Notes: a model not told the origin generated them from the sequence alone. DNA of 64,000 nucleotides from Octopus vulgaris (GCA_951406725.2 OX597826.1:70866001-70930000); one strand, 5' to 3'. Shown: positions 1 to 15,078, counted from the stretch's first letter. A program made the numbers and translations.

Positions 1-224
1 ATTCTACCGCTTCATGCTAGTCTATTTTACATTGGCATTAATCGGAAATCGATTTAATTGGTCCCAATATTTGATTTGTACTTTATTTTCTCAACGTGGG
101 AAGGTGAAATTGTTCTCGATGGAATTTGAGCTCAGCACATATGGAGCTGAAACAAATGTTGCAACAAATACCATCATTTCTGCGACTCAGCCAATCCACC
201 CCACCAACGTACATAGGTAAACCC

Positions 225-556
225 ACCCCAATTCGGTCATGAATGACCAATGGATTGCACCTAGAAAGGTATAATCCATTGGTCCCCCGAGGCACAAGTC
301 CTGGCGAGGTTATTAATGGAAGACTAGCAATCACCCATACATATACCATTCTCCCCTCTCCACGCCACAGATGAGATCCAAGGTGAAAGGCAAAGGGGCC
401 GATACAGCTTGACACCAGTGACGCCGCAACTCATTTCTACAACTGAGTGAAATGGAGCAACGTGAAATAAAGTGTCTCACTGAAGAACACAACACACAGA
501 TCGGACCGGGATTGAAACTCAAGACTGTGGACGCCCTAACCACTGAGCCATGCACC
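225..556 (-). mobile_element. tRNA-derived SINE, family A (CORE-like body), diverged copy
   Basis: Reverse complement aligns by eye along its length with the copy at 18114-18453 (tRNA head, gtgttctt...ttcacgttgctcca body, ...gtcattcatgaccgaa tail). Confidence 0.8.
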
Positions 557-912
557 TTTACATACATGAATGCAAATACTATATATGGCATGAATACGTA
601 AGAATGTTACAGCAACAACTTCGTATGTATGCTAACGTATGTATGCTAATACATTGTATCTTATAAAGCCGGTTGCCCGGTTTCTGCGGCGTTGAAAGGA
701 ATAAGATCACAACATACGCCTTGAACGGGAAGGCGTATTATCGCAGATATCAAGACCAGCAATTTTTAGGGGAACGGACCAAGTCGATTACCTAAGGAAC
801 CGGGAGAAACGCCGCTACGCATTTTGTCCGAACTGCAAACGAATCTACCACCTCGCCTTATATATGTATGTGTGAGTGTGTGTGAGTGTGTGCGCGCGCT
901 TATGCGTGCGTG

Positions 913-1014
<102 letters not shown>

Positions 1015-2126
1015 AAGATATATATACATACATTTTATATATATATTTCGACAGATACAGAATAGCAAACCGATTGACTTAAACCGGATCTCGGAAATAA
1101 TTTCATCTTCAATTTTATAATCCCACTTCTAACATAATTTAGAACTACAACACTAAGCCATTCTTAAATATAAATGTAAGAATAAAGAGCAACTTTTATA
1201 ACTCAGTCTACCTAAAACAAATGCCTATTCGTGCTCAGCAGCAATGAGTGTCTCCACAGATATAAAGCATTTATAGTCTGCGTAGATATAAAATGGCTGA
1301 CGTAATTTCCCTTCTAAGACGAGCTTATAAAATCTTATTCACTAAATAAGCATTGAATAATCGTAAGAGTAAAACAACTGCGTTTTACTCACAATAATGG
1401 AAATCTCAATAAATTAATAGACCATCCATACGGATACAACGACTACATCACCGAGTATAGAAACGCAAACTGTACATATATTATACAAAAATCAAATGCT
1501 TTCCAGATAGAATAGGTGATTATCCCTTAAAATATTCATAAAACTGGGCCAATTTATCACACCTAGTCACAAAAGCATTGTTAGAATATTTTACACCAAC
1601 ACTGGAACGACAAATATTCTCAACAACACGAAGCCATAGGTTTGCAAACCACAGAGCAACATTTAAAACAAATTTTAATATAAACATAATGACAAGAACT
1701 ATTAAATTAGACACATACGTAAGGCAATTTTATTCGTGAAGCTTATCATAGATTTATAACAAGAGGCCATTGAAATGCATTACAATACAATAAAATACAA
1801 TTAAAGAAAAAATATTAGTTGACAGTATTACTACTTAATATAGAATTCCACAAACAATGAGAATTTTAATTATGGAAGCTTTACTAATTAGCAAAATACA
1901 AACCGAAAATCGATACAGAGATACAGGACAGGTAAAATAAAGCATAAATGTTGCCAAAAGTTAAGCAGGAAATAATTTTTAAATCTCCAACGTTGTTGAT
2001 TGTATCAGTTAAATAAACAGTATTCTTACGATCTTTTGCAAACTGCGTTAAAGCGCGCGAAAAACACGCCATCTGGCGATTATACAGGCATTGATGTAGC
2101 GGATATTTAAAATTTCGTCTTCGATG

Positions 2127-2202
2127 AACCTAGCTGAAGAAGACTAACCAGATTTATGATAGCAAACATACTGTGGAAAGTCCGAAACACGAGTACTAGG
2201 TT
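2127..2202 (+). ncRNA. Type I hammerhead ribozyme motif
   Basis: AACCTAG-CTGAAGA-(A)GACT...AGTC(C)-GAAA-C(acga)G-TA-CTAGGTT: 7-bp stem I, intact core, stem II, short stem III, GUA cleavage triplet. Confidence 0.75.
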
Positions 2203-2484
2203 ATCCATTCTGGGTTGTCCATTTATCTGGCGTTCTTCCTAAAAGTAAGACGAAACTTTTTTCATGTTCGCCGCCCGCACACACCTTTGCCTATATACAT
2301 TCTGTGAGGCTTTACATAGCCTTGTACGATTATCATCTGCTATTTTCAGCAAACATTGGTGCCTTGTTGTGCTACTATTTCATTTTTATAATTCTACCTT
2401 TACGATGCTTTATTTAGCTGGAAAATTATCCTATTGTATTGCAATAATACTTATAATTTATATATATATAAGTATAATAAATAG

Positions 2485-2539
<55 letters not shown>

Positions 2540-2689
2540 TTTGACAGGTGTGCCATTTGGCCAATACCGGACAATTAAAAGGTAAAAATCGATCCCGGTG
2601 TGGTTTGATCCCGTGACGTTTAAAACAAAACTACAGCAAAGCATTTTTCACTGATGCCCAATCGATTCCACCATTTATTGCTTTGTCCC

Positions 2690-2770
2690 TTTACACAACG
2701 CTGCCCAATGCGAGAATCGAACCCACGACCTTACGATCGTAAATCCAACGGACTAACCACTAATCCGCAC
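2690..2770 (-). mobile_element. tRNA-Arg-like SINE head fragment (family A)
   Basis: Reverse strand has A box (tagtggttag), ttacgat anticodon-like loop and B box (ggttcgattc) leading into cgttgtgt. A similar fragment lies at 23600-23755. Confidence 0.6.
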
Positions 2771-3131
2771 GATTTTCATAAAGCCTACGTATCACGTGCC
2801 GCCGTTAGGCATCGCCTAAGTAGATACATTGTCAAGTGCTCACCTGAATCACACCTCTTTACGTTCAGAATTCACTTAAATGTCAAATAATTGAGTTTCC
2901 TCCGCTTTTTTTTCCTGCTTTATATTGCACTTGTATGTCATGGATTGATAATAAGGAAGCCTCCAACCATTGTGCGCGTCGTCGTCGCTATTGTTGTGGT
3001 CGTCGTCGCCGTCGTTCTTTTTATTATCTTCCTATCGTCGGTCGGAGAAAAGTCAATCTAATTTCATAATTTACAGACAATAAACGCCATAGAATATTGG
3101 CTTTCATGAGTCAATTGCTATATACAATGTT

Positions 3132-3167
<36 letters not shown>

Positions 3168-3177
3168 ATAAGAACAG

Positions 3178-3178
<1 letters not shown>

Positions 3179-3235
<57 letters not shown>

Positions 3236-3266
3236 GTTATTATTATTATTATTGTTATTATTATTA

Positions 3267-3334
<68 letters not shown>

Positions 3335-3340
3335 GTTATT

Positions 3341-3378
<38 letters not shown>

Positions 3379-3415
3379 CATCATCATCATTATTATCATC
3401 ATTATCATCATTATC

Positions 3416-3481
<66 letters not shown>

Positions 3482-3508
3482 GGTGGTGGTGGTGGTGGTG
3501 GTGGTGGT

Positions 3509-3546
<38 letters not shown>
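3179..3546. repeat. Compound trinucleotide microsatellite (ATT)n-(ATC)n-(AGT)n-(GGT)n-(AGT)n
   Basis: Direct reading; explains the poly-I/N/L/T ORFs. Confidence 0.97.
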
Positions 3547-3547
<1 letters not shown>

Positions 3548-3879
3548 CATTTTCTTAACATTTACACCAGAAGGCTTGTATAACAATACGTAAACAAAGC
3601 GGCTCGAGTCAATTCGCGTGTCTCTGTATGCAAGAAATAGCTGTTCATTTATATTACACCATATTGCCTTCGTATAAAGTAAGAAGGCATCGAGCCACCA
3701 AAGAGGAAGCCCCTATGTGATTGATCGGCCGGGTAAAATAGGAGATAAGCGTCCTTCAAACTACACCGTATCGTCTTAAAAATAGGAAACAGAACAGGGA
3801 GGCAGTTTCTTTGTTTCTGGAAATTTCAACGTCAACGGGGATGTAGATATTGAGTATAACTGAGTGAACGTCTGTGTGC

Positions 3880-3930
<51 letters not shown>

Positions 3931-4097
3931 TGTGTCTGTGTCTGTGTGTGTGCGTGTGTGTGTGTATGAATAAACTTTTACGTTTTATTATCTACAATTT
4001 TTCAATTTTAGAATTCTTCAATATTGAAATAAAATAGTACTTTCATGTGTTACGCGATCATCAGGTTTATGTAGTTACAGTCGTGTTCTACAATTCG

Positions 4098-4128
<31 letters not shown>

Positions 4129-4176
4129 ATGCATACGTGTTAGAAAGAAATACTGAACAAGTGAAACGTAGTATCA

Positions 4177-4285
4177 TTTTGTTGTTTGTTCCTTCTCGAG
4201 CTGCGCATGGCTCATTAGGGCTGGTTTCCCGGTTTCCTTGGCGTATAGCTTCCCCACCGGTCCTTCGCAGGTGAGCTGCAAGAGG
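4177..4285 (-). mobile_element. SINE 3' tail fragment (same tail as 47800-47925)
   Basis: Reverse complement matches cttgcagctcacctgcga...gaaaccgggaaacc...ctcgagaaggaacaaacaac. Confidence 0.65.
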
Positions 4286-4465
4286 AAAGACCCAATGGGG
4301 TCCAAGCACTGCTACACCGATGGAAAAAGTGTGTGGGCCGCAAGGGGGATTATGTTGAAAAAATAAGCCTCATTTGGTCACATTCCGTAAGAGAACCTTG
4401 ATTAGCCAATGTATGTTTCAGCCAACTTTCGTATCTATGCATGAATGAGTGAATGAATAAATGAA

Positions 4466-4507
<42 letters not shown>

Positions 4508-5059
4508 TGTGTGTGCACGTGAGTGGGGGTGGGGTTCTATGTACGACAAATCCCAAACACCCATATTATGGTCTAAGAATTAAGAAACAAAAGATAGTTT
4601 AATGAGTTCAGGTAGCAACACTGAATAAAGTTAAGGATTCATATTACATCATATTAGAACCATTGTGAACTAAAAGAAGATTCCAAAATGGTAAGAATCT
4701 GATTATGGAATTCACCATTTTATTTGCCTCTATTAAAGTTAATACAAGTGCCATTCTCCTTATCTCTAAGAAGACATTTGCTAGTGCCACGACTACAATA
4801 GTTTTTTTTTTTTATTTCTCCCCTTTCAGTCTTTCAGTTCTTTCATTTATTTATTCAAATTATTCTTTATTCCGTTTCACGCTTTCGTCTTTTTTTCTGT
4901 CATTTCTCTCTTTTCACTTCTCTCTAAATTTATTTACCGTGACTGGATTCTGGACGAGTGAACTCGTGCAATTAAAGCAGTAATCTTACAGCAACGAAAC
5001 CATCGTACAATAGACATGCTAGGCATACCCACACAGACACACACTCTTGCATATATATT

Positions 5060-6060
<1,001 letters not shown>

Positions 6061-6233
6061 TGCTTGTAGAGCGTATGTATGTATGTATTGTGACTTCCCA
6101 GTGTACTCGATTTGTCCTGACACGATCATGTATGTATGTATGTACATGTATGACACACACAAAATCTTCCAGACACAGTCACGCACACACACAACACAAA
6201 ATCACACGCACAATCTTACCCATATGTGTGTGC

Positions 6234-6284
<51 letters not shown>

Positions 6285-6387
6285 TGTGCGTATGTCAGTG
6301 TGCGTGCATCTATCTGTCTATTTATCTGTTCATCATTCTATCTATGTATGAGCATATATATATATATGTATATATATATATACACAA

Positions 6388-6458
<71 letters not shown>

Positions 6459-6464
6459 CACACA

Positions 6465-6820
6465 TACAGGGGGTGGACAGAATAATGGACCACATTTGGC
6501 AGTAATTACTGCTTGAATTCAACGAAGTATGGATTCGCATAAAATTTGAATTGTTTCCAAAGGAATTTTTGTCAATTCTTCAGCTGAAACAGTCTCCAGT
6601 TCTTGTAGTGATGATGGTGGAGGATATTGACTCCTTACTTGTTTTTCTAAAATGCGCCATAAATGTTCAATAATATTGAGATCTGGGGACTGTGGTGGCC
6701 AAATAAGATGTTCAGCTTCACTAGAATGTTCCTCCTGCCATTTAGTAACAACTTTAGCTGTGTGAATCGGTGCATTATCATTCTGAAAGATTGCGTTTTA
6801 CTCCGGAAACAGTTCCGCAA
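6465..6820 (-). pseudogene. Tc1-family (DD34E) transposase C-terminal remnant with terminal repeat
   Basis: Minus-strand translation AIFQNDNAPIHTAKVVTKW...LIWPPQSPDLNIIEHLWRILEKQVR...SLQELETV carries the Tc1 QDNAPxH and WPPQSPDLNxIE motifs with in-frame stops. The element ends at TA|CAGGGGGTGGACAGAATAATGG, a Tc1-type TIR with TA target. Confidence 0.9.
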
Positions 6821-6883
6821 ACAGTTTTGATAAATTGTATCTTAGTCAAATATGTTACGTGTATGTATGTATGTATGTTTCCA

Positions 6884-6936
<53 letters not shown>

Positions 6937-7033
6937 GGAAAATTTAGATTCAGAGGAATATGGTACTTAAGTTAAAGGCACCAGAATTTAGTATGGTATT
7001 ATCCATATAATTCAAAATGGGGCGATTATAATA

Positions 7034-7210
7034 AAAATATGCAGCAAGAATATCCAGCAGTAATGTAGTACGATCGTTTCATGCGACTCTATTTAATTGA
7101 ACAATGCAAACATTGCATCAATTTTCTTGAATGTTTTCATTGTTCAATTAAATGGAATCGTATGAAACGATCGTACTGCATTACCGCTGGATATCCTTGT
7201 TGCTTATTTT
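7034..7210. repeat. Inverted repeat of ~80-bp arms, probable truncated Penelope-like terminal repeat
   Basis: 7034-7114 is the near reverse complement of 7130-7210; each arm carries GAAACGATCGTA, a hammerhead 3'-half-like motif. Confidence 0.75.
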
Positions 7211-7212
7211 GA

Positions 7213-7729
<517 letters not shown>

Positions 7730-8328
7730 ATCGTGAACGAGCTGATAAATTCTCTACACTTGTTATAGGACGGACAATGAGACTAAATGGTTAATATTAA
7801 CCGGATAGATAGATAGGAGCATACAAACATACATGTGTGTGTATGCGTGTGTATGTTTTCTTATGTGTATATGGAAAAACAACAACTTTTTTCAAGATGT
7901 CGGAGAAAGGCATCCATTGGCTAGATCCAGTCGAGCATAATTAACATGTAGATTTAAGCAATGATGCAGCAATTAACATTAAATGAAGCAAGAAGGACAT
8001 CCAAGAATAATTTACGAATAATGAATGTAATTTAAAATAAAACTGACTAGAAAAAGAAATGGGTTGGAGGCGGATAACTGAATGCCAATTAAAATGAATT
8101 TAATGAAAAATAGAAAAAAAGGAAGGAAGGAAGGATGAATTATCAAATAAAAATTAATCGAATGACAATATCGTTTGTATTTAAGAGTAAAATGAGTGAG
8201 GGATGAATTAGAAGAGAAATTATAACATAATTAAAGTAATTGGGGGAATTAATAAAAGGGGTGGGGATAACTGTTTGCACACTAGGCTTACAAAGAATAA
8301 GTCCTGGGGTCAGTTTGCTCGACTACAG

Positions 8329-8740
8329 ACGGCGAGCTGGCAGAATCGTTAGCGCGCCGGGCGAAATGCTTAGCGGTATTTCGTCTGTCGTTACGTTCTG
8401 AGTTCAAATTCCGCCGAGGTCGACTTTGCCTTTCATCCTTTCGGGGTCGATAAATAAAGTACCAGTTTCGCACTGGGGTCGATGTAATCGACTTAATCCG
8501 TTTGTCTGTCCTTGTTTGTCCCCTCTGCGTTTAGCCCCTTGTGGGTAATAAAGAAATAGGTATTTCGTCTGTCGTTACGTTCTGGGTTCAAATTCAGCCG
8601 AGGTCAACTTTACCTTTCATCCTTTCGGGGTCGATAAATAAAGTACCAATTTCGCATGGGGTCGATGTAATCGACTTAATCCCTTTGTCTGTCCTTGTTT
8701 GTCTCCTCTGTGTTTAGCCCCTTGTGGGCAACAAAGAAAT
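8329..8740 (+). mobile_element. tRNA-derived SINE, family C (Meta/MESC-like domain), with tandem-duplicated 3' half, nested in a family B tail
   Basis: Head ggcgagctggcagaatcgttag...gagttcaaattcc, then gcctttcatcctttcggggtcgataaataaagtaccag twice. Family B sequence flanks it at 8281-8328 and 8746-8810. Confidence 0.85.
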
Positions 8741-9499
8741 ATAAACGCGGTGCTCCAGCATGTCCACAGTCAAATGACTGAAACAAGTAAAAGAGTAAAA
8801 AGTCAAGAGTACATGTGTTTGTGTATGTAGGTGTGTGTGGGAGAGTATGTATGTGCATATGTGTTTATGAAAGACAGTTGGCCAGATGTGGAATATGCTT
8901 ACCAATGGCTTCTCTTTCTTTAGCTCTAATTAAAGACAAATGCTATAAATATGTCGTAATTAACGAGCCTGTTGCATGCTTTGGTACTTTGAGCAAAATT
9001 ATGTTAAAAGGATATCTCGGCAGCATTCGAAACGTAAGGATGTCAAATCTTTCCGCATTCAAAACAACTATATCGCAAAATGCTATTACTCTACCAAAGT
9101 TAATATCAAAATTTGAGATACTAGACTAGACTCTTGAAGAGTTCTGCAACGATAGTATAGAGATTGGAGAGAGATTAATCACCAGTTGTAACTTCTACAT
9201 CAATACTGATCCTGACAGGATCTATCATAGAGTGGTGATGGAAGCAGAGGTATAAGGGAAGCCTCGGGGTTTTACAGTGCAGTGTTATATTACTCGGGCA
9301 ACACTTAATAAATGGCAGTAGAGGAAGAGAGGAGGACATCACGTGTACTCAGCAATGAAAATATTGTGGTGAGACTAAGTGAATATTTCGTGACTTAGTA
9401 GTCTAAGTATGTATCAGTCCTACGCGCATAGCGTAGTGGTTAAGAGCGCGGCAGTGACCTGAACAACAACAACAACAACAACAACAATAATAATAATAA

Positions 9500-9655
9500 C
9501 ATCGAAAAATACCTTAGGAATGAGGACCCAGGTTCGAAATTTCCCCAAGACACCTGAAGAAGGCTGGAGGGTATATCAGCCGAAACGTTGCGTTAACAAC
9601 AAACAAGATAAGGACAAATATCCGTCGAATGTAAATAATGTAAATAATGTATATA
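9500..9655 (+). mobile_element. Penelope-like terminal-repeat fragment with minimal hammerhead motif
   Basis: GACAC-CTGAAGA-A-GGCTG(gagggtatat)CAGCC-GAAA-CG-TT-GCGTT at about 9549-9594. Other copies at 17288-17405(-), 24200-24352(-) and 25027-25210(+). Confidence 0.7.
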
Positions 9656-9789
9656 TATCAGTCTTATTTAACCTAAAGTGTAGTTGAACTAAAATACTTC
9701 AAAAGTAACCTGGTAGATAAAACGTCATCATATCAGCGGAACGTTATGCATAGTAACATATTCAGCAAGCCAGACGATACTATTAATAT

Positions 9790-10170
9790 TGGTTTCAAAT
9801 TTTGGTACAGGGCCAGAAATTTCGGGAGTGGGTGTAAGTAGATTGCATCAACCCCAGTGTTCAGCTGGTATTTATTTTAACAACCCCGAAAGATAAAAGG
9901 CAAAGTCGACCTCGGTGGAATTTGAACTCACAACGTAACGGTAGACGAAATGCCTATTTCTTTACTACCCACAAGGGGTTAAACACAGAGAGGACAGACA
10001 AACGGATTAAATCGATTATATCGACCCCAGTGCGTAACTGGTACTTATTTAATCGACCCTGAAAGGATGAAAGGTAAAGTCGACCTCGGCGGAATTTGAA
10101 CTCAGAACGTAACGGCAGACGAAATACGGCCACGCATTTCGCCCGGCGTGCTAACGATTCTGTCAGCGCA
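9790..10170 (-). mobile_element. SINE family C, dimeric
   Basis: Reverse complement of the 8329-type unit; the gaaaggcaaagtcgacctcgg block occurs twice. Confidence 0.85.
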
Positions 10171-10696
10171 CTACCCTACTGATGATACTATTAATATTGA
10201 CAGACATAGTAGCATTTCCTAGACCTGTGATTGATCCATCACGTTGCTCCCAGAAGAATATTCTTTTTCTAATCTAGAATCGGATGTAGCAACTAAATAC
10301 TTGATCAATAAAGGAGATATAATTACCTTCAAACTTCCACCTCGACATAGAAAATATGGACTGACCCGTACCATTGTTGAAGATATCATTCACATCGGCA
10401 ACAGAAACAAAATATGTTCGCAAGTTACTACTTTCCCAGGAGACATTGCTTTGTGACAAAAGCAATTTGCAATGTTATCTGCGTAAAGGATTATCTTGAT
10501 GGTCATGCCAAAGACAGATTTGAACTAGGGTATATTCACACCTTTTAAAATAATGAATGTTGGCGAAATAATCAAATAAAACTGGCAAACACAAACATGA
10601 TAGGAACAGGCTTGATAGTGTTGTGTAAACTAGAAACAAAAGGCAGACATTGCTGTAAAGAAAAGAATTACCCGTGGATGCAAATGTTTTTCAAAA

Positions 10697-11479
10697 TCTC
10701 TATATATAAACGGCAGTTTGTCTGTCTGTGTGTCTGTCAGGTTGTACCCTCACCCTGACCACGGCTTTCAACCGATTCTGATGAAACTTAACACACACAT
10801 AGCCCAATGTCATAATTCAAAACTAACGCAGCGAAAATTTTGAAAAGTTCCCCCAGTTCTGAAAAAAAAATCGATAAATTCGACATGGGTCGAGAATCTA
10901 AGCTTTTTATATGCAACACATTTTCTACAGACTGTCTAGGGGACGCAACTCGACCTTTTTAACTCTCGGAACACGTGGGGTAAGTATCCCAAAATGTATA
11001 AAAATGTATAAAAACGGCAAAAAAGTGGGCAGCAATGTGAGTGACAACAACGAAAAAGTCAAAAGTGACCAAACTGAACAAACGAATGGAAAAGGTTTTT
11101 TGATGCACACGACAAAAGCGGTTTATGATAAACCGCGTCTGAGGACCCTTAGGGTACGTCAAAAATTTAAGGTAAAACGTTTGGGGTGGTAGTTATAAAG
11201 AAAGTGTAAACAAAAAAAGAATTCGAATAACTTGCGGCTGCAGCAGCTATTAGCAGAAGCGGCGGTGTTGGGGGTAAAGTCTCGAATGTAATTTCTTCCT
11301 GGTAGGAATTGGTTGGGTTGAATTATCGATAGCTGTTTGATAGTTATTTGGGAGTGAAGAGAAGACATTGCAACCTACACATGCGCCTTCGTTCCCTAGA
11401 GGGAAAGGACTAGATTGGGATTAGTCGTTGCCTACTAGGGGCTCTTACATACCCGGGCAACGCCGGGCTATGCTGCTAG
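10697..11479 (+). mobile_element. Non-autonomous Helitron
   Basis: A|TCTCTATATATAAA 5' end, (CTGT)n near the 5' end, subterminal hairpin CCCGGGCAACGCCGGG and 3' CTAG|T. Confidence 0.85.
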
Positions 11480-12062
11480 TTTGTAATAAAATGAATAAAC
11501 AATGTGTTAAAACTTACCGTGTTTGTATCTTGGCTGTTGAGTCTAATTTGTATCTATTATTACACTGTCTGACAAGATTTTTGTCTTTTGATGTAACAGT
11601 TAATTCCAATTTGCTTACCCCTAGAAAGTATGAAAATGGTTAATATTTCATTCAAACTTTGTTTTTGTTACATTCATTCAAGCCCCAAAGAATCCCTCTC
11701 AACACACAAGTATGATGTTTCCCCATTATTCCTGCTCGTGATCAGAGATGCACATATTATTAGCCACATATTATTATGCTCAAGTGGTTATGGTCAAGCA
11801 ACCGTCAAGCAAATTTGTGGTGTTGAGCAGAATATTTGCTATGATAATATTTCTGCTTCAGCAACTCAGCGCTGAATCGGTCTGAAATATAATGGATAAT
11901 AGGTCAGTTTCAAAACATTGATGTCACAAAAGCAAAGTTTGAAGGGAATTGTTGCCGTTTCCTTTGATTTCTAGATAGAAGCAAATAGGAAATAACACCC
12001 ATTGTCAAAAGACAAAAAAAAGTGAAGTTGTATTTACAAAGTGTTATCGATGTTTTGAAGGT

Positions 12063-12270
12063 ATCGAGCGGGCAGAATGGTTAGCACGCCGGCCAGAAGG
12101 CTTAGCAGCCTTTCTTCCGTCTTTACGTTCTGAGTTCAAATTCCGCCGAGGCTGACTTTGTCTTTCATCCTTTGGGGATCAAAAAGTAATTACCAATCGA
12201 GCACTGGGGTCGATGTAATCGACTTCTCATCCGTCTGAATTGCTGACTTTGTGCCAAAATAAGGAAAGAT
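12063..12270 (+). mobile_element. SINE family C, diverged
   Basis: ttacgttctgagttcaaattccgccgagg...ctttcatcctttgggg...gcactggggtcgatgtaatcgact. Confidence 0.75.
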
Positions 12271-13034
12271 TATGATGGATATTTGGGATTATGTAATAAC
12301 AGATATAATAACGGATTTGGGATTATGCAATAAAAACTTAGAAAAGCTGGGATTCCCAAGAAAGAACAAAGAAAACTGCCGTGTATCCTCTAAACCTAGG
12401 CCAATAACGGTAAAACGATGATGTGTAAAGCATTCCAAAGACCCCCAAATTTGCTTTCATGGAATGAACACATACATACGCCTTGTGTAATTTAATATAA
12501 GCTTCTATTCTTTAAGGCGATGGCGTGTTTTCATTTGTAGGCGGTTTAGTCAATGAAGTAACCAAACAGAGGCTTATCCTTATTAATAAGCAATTAGCAT
12601 AACACACAAACATACACATAAATTTGTGTATATCTATTGAGACATTGGCATTCTTCTAATGACAAAATCACTTGAAGAAGTCTAAACTTCGCTGCACCGG
12701 GATCTGAACTGTAAAATTTCATTTCTACCCTGATGCGATTCCATTACAGCCGCACATTACGGTGAACTACATCTACCAGCATTACGATAGATCTCCGGGC
12801 CTCTAGAAACAGCTGTTGGATTTATAACATCTTAACTTTTCCCCATTAATTTTCTCTGTCGCTTGTACACTGTGTACGTTTGATCTGTTATACCTATATA
12901 CCTATATATTTATGCGTAAATATTCACCTGAAAGTATTCAGTCTCTGATTTTGTTCTGTTTGCATGTATACACGCATTTTTTTTACATCAAACCCAAGCT
13001 GTTATATTTAATATGTTTATCCGCATACTTGTCT

Positions 13035-13098
<64 letters not shown>

Positions 13099-13356
13099 GT
13101 ATATATGTACGTATATACATATATGTATGTATATATATGTGTGTGTGTGCGTGTGTGTGCGTGTGTGCGTGTGTGTGTGTGTAAATGGTAATCCCTACAC
13201 AGTTTGCTTCTCTCCGTTTTCTCCACTTTCAATCCCTTCAGTCGAAGAGCATACGTTCGTAGCGTCAAGTACTTTTCCATTCTTTTCGAAGGAAAAACTA
13301 ATATACCGGCTGTTGTTTCTTCAGCTGTCTTCGTCTTCTGTTTTCTGTAAATTTGA

Positions 13357-13427
<71 letters not shown>

Positions 13428-13650
13428 GTATGTACATACATTCGTACATACATACATACACATTTTGAAATTAAAGCTTATGGTGGAGGGTCGTCTTGTA
13501 TACACTGTCAAATATGATTAATTGCTTATATATGTGTGTATGTGTGCGTTTATATTCTTGTATATGAATGTATACAGGTATGGATGTGTCACCGTATGAG
13601 TATGTATATGCATGTGTGCATCACAGGGTCTGTATGTATATGAATATGCA

Positions 13651-13708
<58 letters not shown>

Positions 13709-15078
13709 CATACATACACATATATATGTATGTATATATATTATATATATGTATATATATATATATACATATATGTATATGTATGTATATATATATATAG
13801 GTTTGTATATGTATATACATATATATATAGGTATGTATATGTATATATATATATATACATACATATAGGAATGTATGTACGTATGTATGCATGCATGTAT
13901 TTAAGTACAACGTTTGTAAGCCTCTATAAGGATATTTACGTGGAGCTCAATCCCATACAGTAGTAGTCGTACATCGTACTGTACGCACATGACATTCGTT
14001 TTATAATCATCTCTTCTTGCAACTATCCTTTGGCAATAAACATTACACGTACATTATATATACTTCTTAGCCAGCTGTTCCTGCCCTGTCTGCCCTTTTA
14101 CATACACTTTTGAACTCAACTCATAGACATTGTAATTTATTAATTGAACAAGATTGACTTAAATACTTTCCCTATCCTCATACACATCAAGAGAAATATA
14201 CTCACATACACAAACTGAGATAGAGAGAAAGAGATAGATGCACACAGAAAGAATGAGACAAAGAGAGAGAGAAATGCATACAGTGAGAAACGGATACATA
14301 CAGTGATATATAAAACATGCAGAGAGAGAGGGGGTAGAGTTAGAGAACAAGAGAAACGTTAAAACATTTATTGTCAAATAAGTCAGCGTCGAGTCAGCGA
14401 CGGCAAATAGGTGGGACCAAAGGAACCATAGCAAAGTTCAGATTTCCGATCCTGGTCTGCTGCACTTCTGACTTCAATCTCCCGAGCTTCAACGAAATGA
14501 GTACATATCCACAAAAACAATCATCACCGCGCAGGATAACACCCATGTAACTTCCCACAAAGATCCTTACAATAGGATGCTCCAGCACGATCACTAATGA
14601 GTGAAAGTAGTAGAATCGTAAAAGAATACCTATACCGTTTTGCCGTTTCTATGTAACCAACCCACTATTTCTTAGAGTAGTGTAACTTCCTGACAACGTT
14701 CCGGAAGTTTTATCCTTCAAATTTGCTTCGTTTCCGTTTTCTTTCCTTTTGTTCGTATCCATAACCGATTGCTTGATTGGTCTAAAGATAGCCCGAAGCA
14801 CGCAGCTCCATACGCGAGCAGGTAAGATTGTGTAATTTGATAATGGAATTACATAATCATACAAAATGTCATGTACATGATTGCACACGTTGAACACATA
14901 TGTGTGTGTCTATATATGTATATGTATATATATATTTATAGTTATACTTATATGTGGGCGTATACATATATATATATGTATGTATATATGTATATATATA
15001 TGTATATGTATACATATGTATATGTTTCTTTATTGGCCACACAGAGCTGACATACATATGTGTATATATTCATATGTA

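Noticed and set aside
10775-10790. CTGATGA in the Helitron, and another at 18596
   Set aside because: No stem II-GAAA-stem III-UH arrangement follows.
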